Shown one piece after another: positions 56,401 to 62,400 of a stretch of DNA of 64,000 nt. Origin of the DNA: Ruditapes philippinarum (Eukaryota); contig NW_026855774.1 of the NCBI RefSeq assembly GCF_026571515.1, forward strand, positions 124,001-188,000, read 5' to 3'. Every line of letters begins with the position of its first letter. Position 1 is the stretch's first letter. The notes under the pieces are model-generated. The model was not told the origin of the DNA, did no database searches, and worked only from the letters and a program-made list of their open reading frames with translations. Both the position numbers and the translations under genes were made by a program.

Positions 56401-59400
56401 CAATTATATCTTTAACTTTTAAATTATGATTGTATTGATATCCTAGGTTGGAGAGTTAGACATTGAGTTAAAGGAACTTCCAAAGAAAGTCTTGCTTGCA
56501 GCAGGGTTTGTAGCATACCTGTCACAAGCCCCAGAAGATGTTCGCCATACATGCCTCGTCAACTGGCGTGAAGCCCTCGGCATTGGTGCGTTTGAGATGA
56601 GACGTTTCCTATGTACAGAGAGTGAACAACTTATATGGAAGAGTGAAGGTCTGCCATCAGATGACCTCTCTGTAGAGAATGCTATAGTTATTCTACAGGT
56701 TAGTCAGATAAATCATGTACAAGTCTAGTCATGTAAATACTAAATATATAATGGTTTTCTAATACTTACATATACACATTTCTATCTCTTATCATGAATA
56801 ACTTTTGAATTATATATTATGTAGATGATATGTTAAATGTGTTTGACTCCTGTGAAATAAAGAAGAGATAAAAGCCTTGAATAAATCTTTGATATAGCTG
56901 AAGTATAATTAATATTTTAATCACAGATAAAGCTTGAATTATAATAATTAATTGTGAGTTCTTCAGTTGCATATTGCTCTTACATATAAGTCTTAAAGCA
57001 TTTGTTTTTCATTTTACAGCTTTCACTTTATATGCTTATGTAATACATGTATAAATAACTTTGATATAATACAATATTATTACACAGTCAACTTTTACTA
57101 TAGAAGAATAATGATGAAGGTGATATTTGAACAGGAACTATGTGCATTTACAATTTGTTGTAAATAAACAATGTAAAGTAAAATGAATGTACATGTTAAA
57201 TTTTTCTGAGCTGACTTTTTATATAGTCATGACTGTGCTATTGGTGTACTATCATAAAGCAATGCACAAGTAGGGTATTCACAATTACTCAGCTTGTAAT
57301 GGAAATGTTAATGTGTTAATAAAAAAAATATTTAATATGAGTGTATATGCAACAGTTATTAACTAGAATGACGGCAAAATTTGGAAAATATTTAAGGCAA
57401 TTACTGTGTATGATATAAGATATATGTACATGCATGAAAATGATTATGTAGTTAGTGTTTATACATGTGTAATGAAATTATTGTGCTCCCTGGGGTGATA
57501 TTTGTGTTATTATGAAAAAGATGTATTCTTTATCGAATACTTAAGGTTCTCATCCTGAAGTATGAAAAGTGCCATTTAAGCTGTGTGAATGCGACTTTTA
57601 AACTCAAACCAAAAAGACTGAACATTTGATAAAAATATCCTTGTTCGGCTTAAAAATGTGGAAATATTTCATGAATATATACAAAAATTGTTGGGCATGA
57701 TTTTAGAATTCTTGAAATTTCATAAATACTGAATTTTATTGGACAAGTACAAAGGTTTAAAAACGCCTTGCCTATATTAATTTTTGCAGCTGTGTCCAAC
57801 ATGAAACAGTATTGTTTTCAACAATGTAACTGTCTACCTGTTTCATACCAGTTCTTTAGAAGACAACACTTTACATTATTGAAAATACTGAAAATCAACA
57901 ATGTTTTGTATATAAGAAGTATGTTTACTTAGATATTGATTTTATATTGGTTTTTGGACTCTGAAAAGAAAACAAGTCTCAATGGAGTACAATATAAATT
58001 TAATACAGAACTTTTGGACTCTGAAAGCATTAAAGCCTTAATTGGCTTAAATAACTTTACCTTAAAAAGCCAGTTAATGTCTTTTAACTATGTTTGTATG
58101 GTTCATTGTCTTCAATTAGTAAAGATTCATTTATTGCAAAAAATGAAATGACATAATGTTTATATATTTTGAAAATCTATTTTTGAGCCAAATTAACCAA
58201 TTTTGGGGCCAAATTAACCAATCTTTGGTCCAGATTGGCCATTTTTTGGACTGCATTGACCCAGCCAGAAATACTGTAGGACAGGATTGACAAATTTTGG
58301 GGCCGGGTTGACAAATTTTGACTGTAAATCAACTGAAAACAAGTCTAAAACTGAAAAGATTTGTTTCAATTATGATTTGCATTGGAAAATCATGAAGTGC
58401 AAATACTGGAAGCTCATTGGTGACATTTAATGATGTATGAAATAAATTAAAATATTTCATGTGCATGTAATAAATGAATATATAGGGAACAATGCATGAC
58501 AGTAGAAAACTGTACTTTGTAACTGTAATTGTGTAATAAGTGATTATATTTGAGAAATTACTGTGCATGCAGGTTACTGATATATCTCCAGGGGTAAGAC
58601 AAACAATGTTTGAATCCCACATACTGCCACCAGCACTTCTTGTTCTTTCACCTCACTGCTTGTTTTAATTTCAGATTTTGTGTGTGTGTGTGATTTTATT
58701 TGTATATATATGTCTTTATTTTACAACAAATTTATCGTATAAAAGATAGTGTTGGCAAGTAAATGGGTTGGTATCTATCTATTCATAAAGGAACTGCCCA
58801 ACTGTAATGCTTTTTTAAATTTTTATGGTAAAAGAACTAGTGCTTAAACAAAACATACAGGTATATATGGTGTGATGTTTTACAATTAATGTGTGTTGCT
58901 ATATATTATTAAAGAATGGTACAAATTTTGAATGATGTGAAATTTGAAAGTTTTCCTTAATCAGATATTATGTAATGAATATTGATTGGAAAACAAAGTG
59001 GGTCTGAGCATTAAAAATGTAGAAGAAATATTTAAAAATGATTTGTAATGCTATAAATTTGCAGTTATGGTGGTATCAAATATAACGGAATAATTGACAT
59101 TGCATTCTTCAAGTCTTACTGCGATACCCCACTCCATTTTGTTGTTTGTTGTGACAGTTCATCCCAGCTTACAGCTTCAACTCCAGAGCTTTGCATATTT
59201 CTTGAATGTGTTCCCTATTCTTGACAAATATTGTTTACATGTATATGTTGTACTTTCAGATTTTTATGTTGTTTACAGACATCATTTAATTTACTAGAGG
59301 TGAACTCACTATGTTTTGTTTTTTTATTTTATAGGCAATTCACCTCAAGGTTTGAACAAAAAAATTTATGTTTGCAAGGCAAAAGCAAATCATTTCATAT

Positions 59401-62400
59401 GTCCATATATACTCCTTTTTTTCTCTAAACCCTATTATATATATTTTTATCATCAATATCTTTTAATTGAACAGTATTATATAGATTAAATAAATATGTA
59501 CACTTTGTTTATATAAATGATTGTTTCCACTCCGAAGGACTTAGGTTATATCAACTTACAGCTGCTTATAATTTACCACTATCTTCTGTAGTAAATATAA
59601 AAAGTTAACAGTTGTCAAGTCTATTACTGCAAATATACAAGTGTTATAGTACCATTTTATTGACCTATTGATTATGAATACATTATGATTTTAGCTATCA
59701 TTTAAATATTTGATCCACTTCGGTCCTGTCCGTTAAATTTACGAGATTTAATATTTAGTATATAACTACGGGTAAATTAAATGTTTAAAAATGTCACACT
59801 AGCTTAAAGTATACTGCCATCACATCACCAGTAGCACAGTTGGTTAAAGAGAGAGCTCTATGGTTCGAGCCTTATTATTGCTATTTTTTTTATTTATTTT
59901 TTTTTGGATATATTTTAATGGAAATAGTTGATTTCTTTCAAACATGTACACCCAGGTGTGGAGCAACACAAAAACACAAATACTGTTTTGCCTTGTTTTG
60001 TATTATATTGAATTTAAACAACATTTATTGATTTTTTAGATATTTATTCTTAATGATGCTTTTTAAAAAGAGAATAGACTTTGGCAAAATATGTGCAAAC
60101 AATGTAAAAATAATTACACCTTTAATAATTTTGAAAATATAATTAATAATAAAAAAAAATGGATCTGCACAATCTTGATCTCACAAAGTTTGTAAAATTA
60201 CAAAACTGTACTTTAATATATTATGCTGTAAGGCTCAGTATAATTATTGTATAGACAAAATTAAATTTTAACACACCTCACTGGGTACATCTGACAAAGC
60301 TTACTGAAAATTTATAGAAGTGTGCACTGTATGCAATTGACAGGTCAATAAAATGAAACAATATTAGATACACATAACAACAAATACAAGTAGGTCAAAT
60401 AGGGTGTTCAACTTATGACATCAACATTTCAAACTTTATTTTACTTTTTATTGGCATGAAGATTTTCTTAATTTCACTATATCTCACAATTTCATTTTTG
60501 CATGCATTTTAGCTGTTTGGATCATTTGCACACCATAGCATGTTTTTATCCCTGGCCACGCTAAATATTTTAAATGAATCTTTCAATCTGGTCATTTATC
60601 ATTTTTAGGGAGAATATCATAATATGTATTGACTGATATTGAACAGTGCAGATTTAAATATTTTTATCATTACCAGTTATAAGATCAGGCATCATGCTTT
60701 TAGGTTGGTTTGGTTGTTTGTTTTTTATTATACCTCTTGTACAACAACATTATAAGGGGTATACTGGAATCAACTTTGTCCGTCTGTCCATCTGGTTGTG
60801 TTTATCTGGGACATAACTTAAAAAATTGAAGGTATCACATTGAAACTTTTATCATAATAGATAGAATAGAGAGGCAGTGCCCAAATACCATTACTCTCTT
60901 TTGTAACATTTGTCCTTAAAATTTTTATTTATTGTCAAGAAATATTTTTCATGATTTTTGTCCAGAAATATTTTCATGAATTTTGTCCAGGGCATAACTC
61001 TAGAAGGTATCAACATGTAACCTTCTGGATAGATAAAGCTTGTTGCGGAGATTTGCAATTTTCAAGAACAACAATAATCATGTTTTATTTCAGAGTTATT
61101 GCCCTTTGTATTTCTAAAACATGTACTTAATTTTGTTAAAGAGCATTACTTTAAGTCATTATGATATATCAGAATGAAACTTGATAATAATCTACAGACA
61201 AAGTAGCATGTCAGACAGGTATTTGTGCCAGAATTGTGGCAATTCTGGCAGTTCTAGCTTTTACAACATCATGTGTTCTACCTAAAATTTTAATGATGTA
61301 TATACATGTATACATTAACATGTCACCTTTCTCAATAATTGTTATATAGAAAATTTTCTTTTAATGATGTTGTCATAATATTCAGTTGTTGTTATCATAC
61401 AGAATAATAAATATGCTTTATAGTTTAACAATATGTTTTTATTTGTAACATTGTTCACATTTTAGGGTATAAATGTTAGCATGAGCCAAGTAAAGCAGTT
61501 GTTGTTGGAAATTGGATTTTAAATTCTGTTTTTTTGCATGACGAACCCCAATCATTACCAATATAATGCTTATAGTCAGAAAACAATACTGGAATAGAAA
61601 AATTACAAATATAAACTTTTATTATATACCTATACATTTTCTCGCTAAAATACACGCAAATATTGAGGCGCAAATACGCTTCAGCGGATAGAAATTTCCG
61701 TATTATGTTAGTGACAAATACGGTACCATATATGGAAGTGCCGGACTATTTTTGACGTTGGTTCCGATTTTAGCTTTGTATAACGTTGCATTTGGAAACG
61801 GAAACCAAAATTATTAAAGGCGTGGCCAGTTTGCAAGAATTACGTATTCATCCGTCAGTCATGAATTTGTTTCTTGACAAATGCATTTCATTTTCTGAAT
61901 AAAACGAAAAGGTATATAATAAAAGGAAAATTATGTTATAGTAGCTTTCTGAGACTATGTATTTTTCTACTCGCAACGTTGGAAAATTGATATCTCGCTC
62001 GACCTTCGGTCTCGCGAGATATCAATTTTCCACCGCTGCTCGTAGAAAAATACAAAGCATCAGAAAGCTACTACAACATAATATTCCGTATAGTACATTA
62101 TTGTGTGCATTATAGTAATAAGTTAATATACATATTTTAACAGAGTACTTTGAGACCATTCTTGGTAGATCCATCATCAAGGGCAACAGATTGGTTGAAA
62201 ACTCATCTAAAAGAATCTCGACTTGAAGTGATCAATCAACAGGTACATTTATCATTTTAAAACTTTGAACCTTGTTAAGAATTATTTTAAATTTTGCAAG
62301 AAATAAAACTTAAACCCAGACAAAAAGAATAGGGCCTATCAATGTAACAATGATTGACCTTTTAGCCAAAGATCCTAGTTCACTTGGAGTTTTAAAAGAG

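Noticed and set aside
58180-58325. Short ggccaaattaacc / ttgacaaattttg repeats as a defined element
   Set aside because: Probably a decayed DNA-transposon subterminal region, but no termini or TSD were identifiable.
61466-61474. 9-nt cassette GGTATAAAT (GIN)
   Set aside because: In frame with a fair acceptor, but the donor (aat|gttagc) is weak; below my threshold, though worth including in a junction search.
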